In this document: positions 27,729 through 38,141 of the stretch, one piece after another
How the letters are laid out: each line of letters starts with the position of its first letter
How positions within the stretch are numbered: position 1 is the stretch's first letter
From: a virus
Taxonomy: Duplodnaviria; Caudoviricetes
Strand: one strand, 5' to 3'
Length of the DNA: 39,434 nt
IMG/VR virus record: IMGVR_UViG_3300037631_003269
Span: 1 to 39,434 of that record
The notes under the pieces: generated by a model
What the model saw: the letters and a program-made list of their open reading frames with translations, nothing else
Databases searched by the model: none
What the model was told of the DNA's origin: nothing
Made by a program: the position numbers and the translations under genes

Positions 27729-28574
27729 TTATAGAAGTTTTTTCTCTATAGATTTGTAAATTTCTATACCTTCATCTGTTTTAAAGAATGCAGCCATAGC
27801 GGAATATGGGTTTTCGTCAAAAGGAACATTCATTATTTTCCTTCCTGTTTTAGCCCATGCAAAAGTTCTTTGATCTTGTGATAAATTTAAAAGACCTAAC
27901 TCCGTAGCATTAATAGCTACATTTCTTAATTGCACATTTTCGTCATTAGCCAATTCTAAGAATAGTTGAGCGTTTTCTTTAGCAAATATTAAAAGATCTC
28001 TTTTAATTTCTTTAGAACTCATGTCAGATACCTTAGAACCAACCTCAACTCTTAAAATAGCCTCAGCTTGATCTATATCCATATCTCTTGCTACATTTAA
28101 TGCCTCAATTATATATTCAATAGTTTCTAAATCGTCTACAGCTTCTTCTACAGGATTAAATTCGTTATATTTTACTCCTTTCATTGGATGATAAAGAGAT
28201 AATAATCTTTGCAAATTTTGTTTTTCCTTAGTTACGGTTAATGTGCCATCCCTAAAAACAATATGCCCTAATGTTGCTTCACCCGATTGTTCATCAACTA
28301 ATGGCGAATTTTGATTAGTTGCATATCTTAATTCTCTTTGTTCATTTTTTTCTTTATCAAACCATAATAAAGGATAACGGCTCGTATGACGAGATGCTAT
28401 AGTATATGTTAATGGAGTTTTAAGACCATTTAGTAAATATGTTCTGTCTTTAATTTCCCATTGTGGTTTTTTGGATGTTGATACTTTAGCTGCAGGTTTT
28501 GCAACTTCTTTTGCTTCAATTACTTGAGGTGCAACCTCAATATCTTTTACTGCTTGAGTAGCTTTTTTAGCCAT
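27729..28574 (-). CDS. Hypothetical head-module protein (281 aa)
   Basis: Long ORF immediately downstream of the capsid gene; function not recognised. Confidence 0.7.
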   Translation of the reverse strand: MAKKATQAVKDIEVAPQVIEAKEVAKPAAKVSTSKKPQWEIKDRTYLLNGLKTPLTYTIASRHTSRYPLLWFDKEKNEQRELRYATNQNSPLVDEQSGEATLGHIVFRDGTLTVTKEKQNLQRLLSLYHPMKGVKYNEFNPVEEAVDDLETIEYIIEALNVARDMDIDQAEAILRVEVGSKVSDMSSKEIKRDLLIFAKENAQLFLELANDENVQLRNVAINATELGLLNLSQDQRTFAWAKTGRKIMNVPFDENPYSAMAAFFKTDEGIEIYKSIEKKLL

Positions 28575-28596
28575 GATATAATAAAATTAAATAGTT

Positions 28597-28643
28597 AAAA
28601 GGTAAAAACTACCCCCGTTAATACAACGAGGGTAATTTATACC
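28597..28643 (-). terminator. Intrinsic terminator after the major capsid gene
   Basis: 19-bp stem (1 mismatch, 2 G-U) GGTATAAATTACCCTCGTT/AACGGGGGTAGTTTTTACC followed by TTTT. Confidence 0.8.
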
Positions 28644-28650
28644 AGGTAAA

Positions 28651-30096
28651 TTATGATGCAGTAAACAATACGAAATTGTTAGCACCTTGTACACATAAAC
28701 ATCTTTCAGACAAGAAGTGAACATCCATAGAGTCAATGTCAGAAGTATAAGCACCTCCAGCAGATCCAGTAATCCAAGATTTCATTCTTCTATCTTCAGT
28801 TTGTGAAGCTCTGTAACGAACATGTAAGAAAGGTCTACGAATATTAGAACCTAAGATTTGATCGTATACAGTTGATGTACCAGCAGGAATAAGAACTCCA
28901 TCAATTGCTGAAACAGCTACTCCACCTCTAGTTGAAGCGTCATTAAGATATTTCCAGTCAGTTTTATAAAAGTCATAAGAACCTCTTCTAAATCCTGAGA
29001 AACCAAGATTCAAAGCCATTTCTTCAGAGTTTTCAAATAGACCAAAAGCAGTACCTCCTCCAATACCGGAAGAAATAGCACCTAGCATATCATCAAAATC
29101 CAAAGAAGTTTTTCTATTTAAGAAAAGCATGTTCTCTTCAATAGCACCTTGAGTATCAAGATTTTTAAGAATGCTGTCAAATTCACCAAGACCAGCAGCA
29201 GCACTAAAATTATTTAGTACATTACCTCTAGCATTGATGGCAGCAAAAAGACCTTCAGTTCCGCCATAGTCAGCAGCAATACCAGCAACTCCAGAACCTG
29301 CAGCAGCTTTTTCACCTTCAACCATAGACATTTCAAGATAATCCTCAAATCTCAAACGAGTTTCAGACTCAGCTTTCAAATACCATAGGTATCCGGATGT
29401 TCCATCCTCAGTAGCAACTTCAACCCAACCAATCTGAGCCATATCTGATCCATTGACCACATACTTTTCTTTAATAATAATTGGTGAATTGTTAAATTGA
29501 GTGAAAGATGGGGTTACGCTTCTAATGTCAGCATCTCCAGTCCCTTTTCTATATTCAGAACCATATACAAATATTTTAAGATTTGTAGGGGCTCCGGCAC
29601 CAAACGTAGCAGCAAGATCAGCTCCAGTATATGTAGCTACAGTAATTGTTGCTAAAGTAGCAGATGTATCTACACTATTGGTTACTAAAGCTTTTACTTC
29701 AGCTCCAGTAGTAGGATTCAATACTACAATAGTTTGGTTGATAGAAATTGCATTATCAACGAAGTTAGCGCCAGCAGTTGCATTAAGTACAAAAGTTAAA
29801 GTTGTTGCGCTAGCTTTAGTTACGTTATTATATGCAATGTGCAATCTATTTTGTTCTGACCAAATTACTTGATCAGAAGTCATAGGCATTTCTGCTCCTA
29901 CCATACGTAGAAATCCAGAAAGAGTTCGGTTTCCATATCGCTCTACTTCTTGTTCGTAGATCTCAGGAAGATATTGTGCTGCGAAATCTGAAAAATCGTC
30001 GCCAGCTTTATCTGTAAATTGCAGATAATTTGTAGACAGAACTTGTTGTTTCTGACTAGGTTTAATTGACCCAAACGAGGGTACTACATTTGCCAT
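28651..30096 (-). CDS. Major capsid protein
   Basis: Follows portal and scaffold, followed by terminator, biased codon use; YLPEIYEQEVERYG, W.EQ.RLH, GTEGLF, FLSERCL. Confidence 0.85.
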   Translation of the reverse strand: MANVVPSFGSIKPSQKQQVLSTNYLQFTDKAGDDFSDFAAQYLPEIYEQEVERYGNRTLSGFLRMVGAEMPMTSDQVIWSEQNRLHIAYNNVTKASATTLTFVLNATAGANFVDNAISINQTIVVLNPTTGAEVKALVTNSVDTSATLATITVATYTGADLAATFGAGAPTNLKIFVYGSEYRKGTGDADIRSVTPSFTQFNNSPIIIKEKYVVNGSDMAQIGWVEVATEDGTSGYLWYLKAESETRLRFEDYLEMSMVEGEKAAAGSGVAGIAADYGGTEGLFAAINARGNVLNNFSAAAGLGEFDSILKNLDTQGAIEENMLFLNRKTSLDFDDMLGAISSGIGGGTAFGLFENSEEMALNLGFSGFRRGSYDFYKTDWKYLNDASTRGGVAVSAIDGVLIPAGTSTVYDQILGSNIRRPFLHVRYRASQTEDRRMKSWITGSAGGAYTSDIDSMDVHFLSERCLCVQGANNFVLFTAS

Positions 30097-30106
30097 TCTT
30101 TAAATT

Positions 30107-31312
30107 TTAATTGTTAAATTTTTTTGTTCTAATTTTAAGTTTTGAAGAGTCTAGTCCGCTAATAGCTTTTACTTTTAATCCATTAACAAATACATCGCCC
30201 GGGGCAGTCTGCCTTGGCTCAGTGGTTATGTTTTTAGTTTTAGCAACTTGTTCTTTAATGGCATCGGCACGGCCTTGCTCGTAGAAATGTGTTGCCATAG
30301 TATCGGCATTGCGGGCAGCATAAATCGCTTTATGATAACCAGCGGGATCTTTCATTTGACCATCTTTGTCTAGGAACGTCCCGACGAAGTCTGTAAGATC
30401 TTTTTGATTATCAGCAGTTGATTCAGGATCTTTAATACCATATCTAACTTTCTTTTCTCCTAATTTAAAATCAAAACCTTTGAAATCATTAGAAAAATAA
30501 TCTTTAGTTGTATTAATGAACCCTTCCCGAACTGCGTCATTACGCTTTTGCTCTTCATTGTATCGGTTAAAAAAGTCAGTCGCTTTTTGTTGCTCTTGAG
30601 TAGTACCAGGCCTTAGTTTAATTTCCTCGTAATATTTACTCTTAGTTTGCTCTAAAAAGTTTTTGGCTTTTGCAACTTCTTCTTTATACGCTATTTTTTT
30701 CTTGCGTATGTCTCTATCCTCATCCACTTCTTCATCCCATGTAAAATCTTCTAATAATAGATTTACGTCTTCTGAATCTAAATGAGGCTTATTCTGTTTA
30801 TAATATTCTCTTAATAATGTATTATTATCTACATTTGAGTAATCAGCATTTAGTCTAGCATAGTCTTGTACATCTCCCCCGGTTTCTTCCATAAACTTTA
30901 TAAGCTTATCTACTCCTTCTGGAAGCTCTTGTGCTTTTGTTTCCTGTAATATTTCTTTTTGTTCCGATGGGGCAGAGGGAGTCTCATTGCTTCCATCCAC
31001 TCTTGTCTCTTCAGAATTATTTTCTTCATCTTCAATAATTTGTATTGGAGATTCTTCTACTGATTTTTCTTCAGTTTTTTCGGCAATGACTTGTTCTTCG
31101 GCGTTTCCTTTTCCCACCTCTTTGCCATCTCCGGATGATTCATGTACATCCACTTTCTTTGTGCTTGGCTTTTGAACGGCATCTTCTTCTTTTTTAATTT
31201 CTACTGGAGGTTTAGAAAGATCAACTTTAATAATGTCTTGCTCACCTGCTAATTTTTTTGGAGTTCTTTTTTTAATTTTAAAATCTCCTTCTTGTTTTAC
31301 TTCTGTTGACAT
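30107..31312 (-). CDS. Putative scaffolding protein
   Basis: Acidic low-complexity N-half, helical C-half; lies between portal and capsid. Confidence 0.7.
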   Translation of the reverse strand: MSTEVKQEGDFKIKKRTPKKLAGEQDIIKVDLSKPPVEIKKEEDAVQKPSTKKVDVHESSGDGKEVGKGNAEEQVIAEKTEEKSVEESPIQIIEDEENNSEETRVDGSNETPSAPSEQKEILQETKAQELPEGVDKLIKFMEETGGDVQDYARLNADYSNVDNNTLLREYYKQNKPHLDSEDVNLLLEDFTWDEEVDEDRDIRKKKIAYKEEVAKAKNFLEQTKSKYYEEIKLRPGTTQEQQKATDFFNRYNEEQKRNDAVREGFINTTKDYFSNDFKGFDFKLGEKKVRYGIKDPESTADNQKDLTDFVGTFLDKDGQMKDPAGYHKAIYAARNADTMATHFYEQGRADAIKEQVAKTKNITTEPRQTAPGDVFVNGLKVKAISGLDSSKLKIRTKKFNN

Positions 31313-31343
31313 AATATGATAATATAAAATTAATTAATAAAAT

Positions 31344-33758
31344 TTACCTTGGCTCAAATTGTTCTAAGCCAAAGCCACTTAAATTATCATTACCTGCTGA
31401 TTCAAAATCTTTAGGTAATAAATCATTTTTTCTTTGATCGATAAGTTCAGATTGCTGTGTACCTTGTATTCTTACGCGTTTATCTTTTCTATCTTCTATT
31501 TCTTGTTCTTTTTCTGTTGTTGCAGATGCTTGCGCTTGAGCTAATTGTATATTATAATTAAACTCTTCTGCCATTAATTGTTTTTTAATTAATGCTTCTT
31601 GCTCCATTCTAGCAATTTCAAAATCTGATTTAGCTTTTTCAATTTGTACTTTTGTTTCAGCTAAAGCTTGTTGTTTTTGTACTTCAGCCATTGCCGCCGC
31701 TTCGGAAGCCTGTGCGTTAGCCTGAGCTTGAGCTTGAATATTAGCCTGCTGGGCCGCTTGCGCATCTGCTTGTTTTTCTTTTCGTTTTAATTTTAATAAT
31801 TGATTGGCAAGTTTTATGTTTGAAACTTCTCTAATATCAATAGCATCATCTAAATCAATGCCTCCCCCTTGCAATGCAACTTGTATATTTTGTTCAAGCT
31901 TAGCTTTTTCTTCTTCATCTGGTTCTAATTCTAAAAATATACCAAAATCGTGCATTGCTACTTTTTCCATTTCTTGCAATGTATTTACATTAAATGTGTT
32001 GATGCTATTTAATAAAGCTTCTCTTGTTAATGGGAATTGTAAAGCATCATTAGCCCTCAGACTTATGTTTTCTGCTATTTTAATAGTTATATACATTAAA
32101 GCTTTTAGTATATGTCTAGTAGCTACATTAGAATTAGCGGCTGCCATTTTTTGTAAACCAACTAATGCATTCTTGTCAGGCATACTTCCATCAACAGCCT
32201 CATTCAGCCCTGTAACATCTCTTATCATTTGTAAATAATATTGATAAGTAGATATTAAAGCTTGAACTTTAGACATTCCGCTAGATGATTGTAGCTCTTG
32301 AATTGGAACTTTACCTCTATTAAGATCTCCGTCTTGAGTCAAAGAGCGTCCAACAATGCTACCTGTCTGGAAATACATGTTTAATGCTTCTGCTGGGTTA
32401 TAGTTTGTGCCATTACCTAAATCAACTTCAGCAAGACCATCCATATCTAAATAAACCCCATCTGGCACTACTCTTGATAATACTTGTTGTAATTTTAAAT
32501 GAGTTAGCTGTATCATGTCAGCAAAGCTTGTAATACGACTAACAATAGAATCTATGCGGCCCTTATACATTCTAGGCGCACATATAGAGTAATTCATATT
32601 TACTTTTGTAACATCAGAACTAGGGCGAGTCATATTTTCTGCCATCTTCCAATCTATAATTTTGCTCATACCCATAACTTTTGCCCCTGTGTATAATACC
32701 TCTATACTTCTAGATACTCTGCTAAAGTTATCATTTTCTGGCGGATTAAAAGTGTCGTCTTTTTCTAATATTTTTTCTAATCCTTGATCAGTATTTTTTA
32801 ATTTAAATACTTGGTTTGTATATGTTTTATATTCAAAAAATAATATAGAAACTAAATTATCATCATTTTGACCACCATAATTTCTTACATAATTACTGTA
32901 GTTGGTAGGCCCTTTATATTTTTGTATTTCCTTAAGATCATCATCTGTAAGCTGAGGATATAATCTTTTTACTTCTGAAAGACTTAAGTTTTTTACTTCA
33001 CCTACATAATATATATCTTCAAAGTTAGGGTCTTCTGTATAAGAATATACTACCGACGCTGGATCTACATAATCAACCGTAATACCTTCTGAAAAATTAA
33101 AGCTAGTTTTAGATACCCCAATGCCTAACACAGCTAAATCATAAGCTATACGTCTTTGTATATCGTCATATTTATTATAAGAAAAAACATTTTTAATTAT
33201 TTCTTCTTCAGCAATTTCAACACTTTGCTTATAGTTTAATTGTAAATATAAATCAAGCTCTTCTTGTGAGGAAGGCAAACTACCCGGATCGGCTGATGCA
33301 TAAAAATTACCTCCAGTCAATTCATTTAACTGCTCTATTTGTTCTTTATTAATTATATCGCGTATTGCATTAAAAGCAAATTGAGTTCTTTCTTTAAGAG
33401 CAAATGGGTCAGTAGCAAATGATTTTATTTCATAACCTTTATCAGTCATGCCATTAACTACAATGTCTACAAACTTAGGTATTACTGGTACAATTTTCCA
33501 ATCTAAATTTAAATAAGATAAATCACCATTAATAGATAATTCATCTTTATATTTTTGTATTGGCTGCTCGCCTCTAGCATATAGTCTTAATCTATGATAA
33601 TTCTGAAAGTTCTGTAAATACCTTTCGCCCCCAATATCTTGCCGAAACCACTCATTTTCTATAGCTTGAGCAACTTGTAGCCCATAGTCATAACTATTCT
33701 TTACTGAATCAGGTACTACCTGATCTGGGAATGAACTGTTATAATTAGTATTAATCAT
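31344..33758 (-). CDS. Portal protein
   Basis: 804 aa directly after terminase; VPVIPKFVDIV, IRDVTGLNE, Gln/Ala coiled-coil C-terminus. Confidence 0.85.
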   Translation of the reverse strand: MINTNYNSSFPDQVVPDSVKNSYDYGLQVAQAIENEWFRQDIGGERYLQNFQNYHRLRLYARGEQPIQKYKDELSINGDLSYLNLDWKIVPVIPKFVDIVVNGMTDKGYEIKSFATDPFALKERTQFAFNAIRDIINKEQIEQLNELTGGNFYASADPGSLPSSQEELDLYLQLNYKQSVEIAEEEIIKNVFSYNKYDDIQRRIAYDLAVLGIGVSKTSFNFSEGITVDYVDPASVVYSYTEDPNFEDIYYVGEVKNLSLSEVKRLYPQLTDDDLKEIQKYKGPTNYSNYVRNYGGQNDDNLVSILFFEYKTYTNQVFKLKNTDQGLEKILEKDDTFNPPENDNFSRVSRSIEVLYTGAKVMGMSKIIDWKMAENMTRPSSDVTKVNMNYSICAPRMYKGRIDSIVSRITSFADMIQLTHLKLQQVLSRVVPDGVYLDMDGLAEVDLGNGTNYNPAEALNMYFQTGSIVGRSLTQDGDLNRGKVPIQELQSSSGMSKVQALISTYQYYLQMIRDVTGLNEAVDGSMPDKNALVGLQKMAAANSNVATRHILKALMYITIKIAENISLRANDALQFPLTREALLNSINTFNVNTLQEMEKVAMHDFGIFLELEPDEEEKAKLEQNIQVALQGGGIDLDDAIDIREVSNIKLANQLLKLKRKEKQADAQAAQQANIQAQAQANAQASEAAAMAEVQKQQALAETKVQIEKAKSDFEIARMEQEALIKKQLMAEEFNYNIQLAQAQASATTEKEQEIEDRKDKRVRIQGTQQSELIDQRKNDLLPKDFESAGNDNLSGFGLEQFEPR

Positions 33759-33762
33759 TTAT

Positions 33763-35985
33763 CTAAATTATTTTTGATGTAGAACCATCGTTATTATATC
33801 TTTTTATTCCTAAGTTCATTGGTTTAAAAACTTTTTTAGCTACTGGAGCATATTTATTTTTATTACAAGCCATTATAGCGAGCCCAGAACTTATAGAAGC
33901 ATCGTGTTTTGTTCTGTTATTAAGATTAAATTTTGACCAATCGTTTAATGTTCTTGTAAAATATAAGTCTCCGTGAGTTTCTCCGTTAAACCCTACATGA
34001 GAATCAATATAAGATTCTATAGCAGCTGCATGAGCCTGCTTCATATCTTCACTTGAGTTAGGCACTCCTCCTATTTCTCTTTCTGTTATTGATAATTTAT
34101 TATAAACTTTATCAGGTCTATTCATAGAATATCCTCTATAGCCTCTTCTTTTTAAATAATATAATAACCTCGGCTTATTATTTTCTGCAAGTATTGGCAT
34201 TCCATAAAATACTAAAGCCATAAGTACATCTTCAAAAAATATTTCAGCATTATCAGGTCGTGATATATATTCTAAAAAGAAATGGTTAGGGGGTATATCT
34301 TCCATGGTAAATTTTGTTAGTCCATGTAATGAGCCTTTAGACCCTCTACCATCAACTGTGCCGGATATATCATAACTATCACATCCAAATGCCCCGCAAT
34401 GTTCATTAGCCGGGTATCTTAAATTACCTTTTGCAATAGACCTATTTTGCATATTATGTGGCGGGATCCATGAAATAAAAAACCGTCCGTTGTTATTAGG
34501 CGCGAACTCAACTACTGAATCTTTAACGCCACCTTGCCATTGAAAATTTCCTTGCGTTATAAGACCTGTATACTTCATTTCTTCAACATAATCTATCTGC
34601 TCGTATATTTTAGTTAGATTAAATAAAGATTGTTTTGTTTCATCTCGAAACGCGTGCTGTGTTGTTCTAGGAAATTGACGATAGAATTCATTTAATGCGT
34701 CTTGATCTTTTTTTAATCCATCAACTTCATTCATCCAATAATCAATAACTCCAGTATCTATGTCTGTGCCATCAATACTTTTGACTAGCTTTTCCGGTGT
34801 ATCGAATACAGGTATTCCATGCATATCAATGAATCCCTCGTAATTCCATTCCATAGGTATGAACAAAGAATATAATCCTGAGCTAGTCTGTCCGTTGCGG
34901 TTTCTTTTAGTAACATCTGATCCTTCATATAATTTTTTAAAATTATTACCTCCTTTATCTAAAGCATTTGATGTAGAACCCATCATACATTTTCCGACTA
35001 CCCTGCTACCTAGTCTTAATGTTGTTTTGGTTACTCTCCAATTGTTAATTATATTATCTGGTCTTTCCCATTTACCAGATTCATCATGAACTAAAAGCTT
35101 TAGCTTTTCTCCATCATATGAATTATCGCCTGTATTTTTCCAGTCGATTGTAGTATCAAGCCCATCAATTTCAGCTAATTGTTCGCCTACTTCTATCTTG
35201 CGCCGAGTTAGTTTGGAGGCGGGCACTCGGTAAGCAAGCTCTGTTTTCGGACGATCCATACCATCTTGGACGGGCTTGAAGAAGAAGGGATAATTGATTG
35301 ATATTGGAACGACTTTATCGGTAAACATTTTTTTGGCATCAGCCCCAGTTTTTGATAAAATTCCAAATCTCGCGTCGCTTGACATTGTTGCCTGGTTAAC
35401 AGTTTCGTTCGATGCCATGAAGCTAAACCCAGACCGTCTGTTTTTGAGGTAACATATTCCATAACATCTGGTATCTGCTTTACACGCTTCCCAGAAAATA
35501 TAGAATAATCTATTTGATTCCCTAAAGTCGGCGGCCCCAACGTCAATCTTAGTCCACTGCAGGTACATGTAATGAGACCCAGTAATATAAGTTTCAGTAC
35601 CATTATTGTAGAACGCAAAACCTTCTTCTCTATATTTAAATTCATTATCTATATAGTCGTACCATTGTTCTTTAAAATTGTCAGGATAATTATTCCAATC
35701 AAATACACTTTTAATTTTTTGTAATTCTTTGGGATAATTAAATTTTTGCCAATATTGCTCTTGTTTATTATTAGATCTTTTAAAGCATCTATTGATTAAT
35801 GGTAAACCTATTTTTAAACCTTGAATATCGTACACTTCGCCAAGCTCGCCTGATTTACTTATTACAACTAAATCATGCTCTTTGTTATATCCGTATTCCC
35901 AGCTTTTTTGTTTATTTTTTTTCTTTAATATATTGGGCTTTACATAATCCGGTATTATTGAATATAGTGTTTGCTTATATATCAT
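33763..35985 (-). CDS. terL: Terminase large subunit
   Basis: Walker A KNRRSGFS, Walker B LLVHDE, GSTSN coupling motif, RQFP, nuclease FGCDSYD, ENNK, HDA. Confidence 0.9.
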   Translation of the reverse strand: MIYKQTLYSIIPDYVKPNILKKKNKQKSWEYGYNKEHDLVVISKSGELGEVYDIQGLKIGLPLINRCFKRSNNKQEQYWQKFNYPKELQKIKSVFDWNNYPDNFKEQWYDYIDNEFKYREEGFAFYNNGTETYITGSHYMYLQWTKIDVGAADFRESNRLFYIFWEACKADTRCYGICYLKNRRSGFSFMASNETVNQATMSSDARFGILSKTGADAKKMFTDKVVPISINYPFFFKPVQDGMDRPKTELAYRVPASKLTRRKIEVGEQLAEIDGLDTTIDWKNTGDNSYDGEKLKLLVHDESGKWERPDNIINNWRVTKTTLRLGSRVVGKCMMGSTSNALDKGGNNFKKLYEGSDVTKRNRNGQTSSGLYSLFIPMEWNYEGFIDMHGIPVFDTPEKLVKSIDGTDIDTGVIDYWMNEVDGLKKDQDALNEFYRQFPRTTQHAFRDETKQSLFNLTKIYEQIDYVEEMKYTGLITQGNFQWQGGVKDSVVEFAPNNNGRFFISWIPPHNMQNRSIAKGNLRYPANEHCGAFGCDSYDISGTVDGRGSKGSLHGLTKFTMEDIPPNHFFLEYISRPDNAEIFFEDVLMALVFYGMPILAENNKPRLLYYLKRRGYRGYSMNRPDKVYNKLSITEREIGGVPNSSEDMKQAHAAAIESYIDSHVGFNGETHGDLYFTRTLNDWSKFNLNNRTKHDASISSGLAIMACNKNKYAPVAKKVFKPMNLGIKRYNNDGSTSKII

Positions 35986-36248
35986 TTAGATCTTTTTTCA
36001 GCAAAGCCTCCGAATGTTTTTTGATTAGCAGATTTATCTTCTAACAATTTTTCTTCGGTTTCAATTCTTGTTAATATTTCAAATGCATCAAATATTGCTA
36101 GCTTTTTGGTAGCTGCTGCATTTTTTAATCTATCTGCTGATATGTCATCTTCTGAATCTACAATAGCTTCCTTAGCTACTTTAATTAACTCCTCAACTGC
36201 TTTTTGCCCAGCTTGGATTATATTCAGTTTGGTCTTCTTTACATTCAT
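35982..36248 (-). CDS. Putative terminase small subunit
   Basis: Helical protein with ATGA overlap to terL; start at second Met chosen (track gives 36266). Confidence 0.55.
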   Translation of the reverse strand: MNVKKTKLNIIQAGQKAVEELIKVAKEAIVDSEDDISADRLKNAAATKKLAIFDAFEILTRIETEEKLLEDKSANQKTFGGFAEKRSK

Positions 36249-36798
36249 ATTTAATAACAATATCATTAGATTTCATACAATACAATCGCTCGTTGTCAAT
36301 TATAAACTCCCATTCGCTATTAGGAGTAAACCCTACAAGGTCGCCAGGTGCTATTTCAAGTGCATTTAAAGAGCTATTGCCATACTTTAGTATACCAATA
36401 TACTTTTGTTCTTTTTCTAAGCTTGTAGGATCATTATTTAAAAGAGGCTTAACAAAGCATCTATCCATAAACGAATGCCACTTATCGCTTTTTTTGTAAA
36501 GATACACCTGATCGGGCTGACAAAAGTAAAGATTGTCTTTAAAATATTTACTGCTATTTTTTTCTTTACCTTTTATATCATAATATCTTCTAAAAACATT
36601 ATGATGAATTACGATTTCATCACCTTCTTTTATAACGGTATTATAAGCTTTTGGCGTAGATATAACTTTAGCAAGTTTATTTATAAACTTAAATGATTCT
36701 ATATTACAATTTAATATTAAATCCTTATTATTTACTTTAGTTGTATTATTGTATCTTTCTCCGATAGGCTCAACGATAAAATCGTAGATACTATTCAT
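36193..36798 (-). CDS. Tandem GroES-like co-chaperonin
   Basis: Two units: FIVEP..AKVISTP..IKEGDEIV and CFVKP..GILKYG..GDLVGF..LYCMKSNDI. Confidence 0.65.
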   Translation of the reverse strand: MNSIYDFIVEPIGERYNNTTKVNNKDLILNCNIESFKFINKLAKVISTPKAYNTVIKEGDEIVIHHNVFRRYYDIKGKEKNSSKYFKDNLYFCQPDQVYLYKKSDKWHSFMDRCFVKPLLNNDPTSLEKEQKYIGILKYGNSSLNALEIAPGDLVGFTPNSEWEFIIDNERLYCMKSNDIVIKYECKEDQTEYNPSWAKSS

Positions 36799-37021
36799 AT
36801 TCTAAATTATATTCAACAGAAATAGCCATGTTAGAATTAAACTTTTTCCACGGTAATACTTCATTGTTTTTTTTAATAAAAATATTATAAGAACTATCAG
36901 TATCTTCAAATATGATATAAGCTATTTTGTGTCCTCCATATACCTCCTGGCCTACAGAATAATGCATAGCATCATTTTTATAATCAGAACCGATGCTGAT
37001 CTTCCTTATAATGCTGCTCAT
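36791..37021 (-). CDS. Hypothetical protein (76 aa)
   Basis: Operon strand, tightly packed. Confidence 0.75.
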   Translation of the reverse strand: MSSIIRKISIGSDYKNDAMHYSVGQEVYGGHKIAYIIFEDTDSSYNIFIKKNNEVLPWKKFNSNMAISVEYNLEYE

Positions 37022-37022
37022 C

Positions 37023-37274
37023 TTATTTTTCTTCCTGCTTTTCTATTTCTTTGTAAACACCTGTTTCCAAATCAATACTAATCGCTCCATACTCTTTTTC
37101 AAGGTCTTTTTTATAAGCTTCCATATCTTGCTCAAGTCCAGCGTATTCATGTAATAAAACGTGTTTTTGATTTTCAACAAGTCCAATGTCCCTCAATTTG
37201 TTGTTCATTGTTACTTGTTGTTCTTTGATTTTAGCTAATTGTTCCTCTGTTACTTTTTTTTCTTTTGTACTCAT
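37023..37274 (-). CDS. Small coiled-coil protein (83 aa)
   Basis: Heptad pattern, C-terminal KEYG..IDLETG. Confidence 0.75.
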   Translation of the reverse strand: MSTKEKKVTEEQLAKIKEQQVTMNNKLRDIGLVENQKHVLLHEYAGLEQDMEAYKKDLEKEYGAISIDLETGVYKEIEKQEEK

Positions 37275-37293
37275 TTGATTAAATTTAATTAAA

Positions 37294-37674
37294 TTATTTT
37301 ACTTTATCTTTTATTTTCTCAAAGGTTCTTAATCCGCCAAGACCAAGCATACCTAATAAGACTGTCATTAAATGCTCCATTTGTAATGCCGGAGGAGCGT
37401 CGGTTGTTTTTGTTATCCAAATAAATAAATCTCTTATTACGAAGTTATATGCTAATGCCACCCCGCAAACCCATCCTATAAACGGACGCCAGCCAGCGAC
37501 AAATACTGTTCTATGTCCAGCTTCAATTTCATTTATTTTAGTTTGCAATTCTATTATTTCATTAGGGTCTAATTCTTTACCCTTAATTGCTTCTCTTATT
37601 TCCCACGCTAAGTTACCAGCTACTGACTTTCTGCCATCACCACCTTTTAGTAGGCCTAATAATAATTTTAACAT
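37294..37674 (-). CDS. Holin, GTA 3TM-like family
   Basis: EA.H..FVAGWRPFIGWVCG and LLGMLGLGGLRTFEK. Confidence 0.8.
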   Translation of the reverse strand: MLKLLLGLLKGGDGRKSVAGNLAWEIREAIKGKELDPNEIIELQTKINEIEAGHRTVFVAGWRPFIGWVCGVALAYNFVIRDLFIWITKTTDAPPALQMEHLMTVLLGMLGLGGLRTFEKIKDKVK

Positions 37675-37677
37675 AAT

Positions 37678-37986
37678 TTAAGCTTTGTCGTAAGCTTCTT
37701 TTTCCCAAGGAAGATTTTTAGCACCTTCCTGCATTTGACTTCTAGAATATATTTTACCTTTCCAGTAAACATTATTGTCATCGTAATCTAAATCGCCTCT
37801 TTTAAATTGATCGATATGAATCATTTCATGATCAACAACTTTTTTAGTTTTAGATGGATCTAAATTTTTATTTATTAATATAGTTCCGTTATTATTAGCT
37901 TTGCCTAATACATCATTACCCAAATCTACATTATATATAGGCGTATTGTCTAAATTATACGGAGGTGTATTAAGTTTGAAAGCCAT
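37678..37986 (-). CDS. Minimal zincin metallopeptidase-like protein
   Basis: G.A..GTILIN, HEMIH..Q, PWEKEAY. Confidence 0.7.
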   Translation of the reverse strand: MAFKLNTPPYNLDNTPIYNVDLGNDVLGKANNNGTILINKNLDPSKTKKVVDHEMIHIDQFKRGDLDYDDNNVYWKGKIYSRSQMQEGAKNLPWEKEAYDKA

Positions 37987-38141
37987 TATTTATAAGGAAA
38001 CATTTTATTTAATTTATCTTTGCGAGCAGAACAGCCGCAGGGGATATTTAAACCCTCTGCGACTCTATCTACTACACTTTTAATTCCAGTAACTTTAGTA
38101 ACTTTTTCAATTGAATCACCAAGTCCTTTAGATTTGCTCAT
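37986..38141 (-). CDS. 51-aa protein with GLGD..CGC..R..LN motif (not in track)
   Basis: MSKSKGLGDSIEKVTKVTGIKSVVDRVAEGLNIPCGCSARKDKLNKMFPYK; TAATG overlaps at both ends. Confidence 0.85.
   Translation of the reverse strand: MSKSKGLGDSIEKVTKVTGIKSVVDRVAEGLNIPCGCSARKDKLNKMFPYK

Noticed and set aside
38036-38062. GC-rich inverted repeat as terminator
   Set aside because: Lies inside the 51-aa CGC ORF and has no U tract
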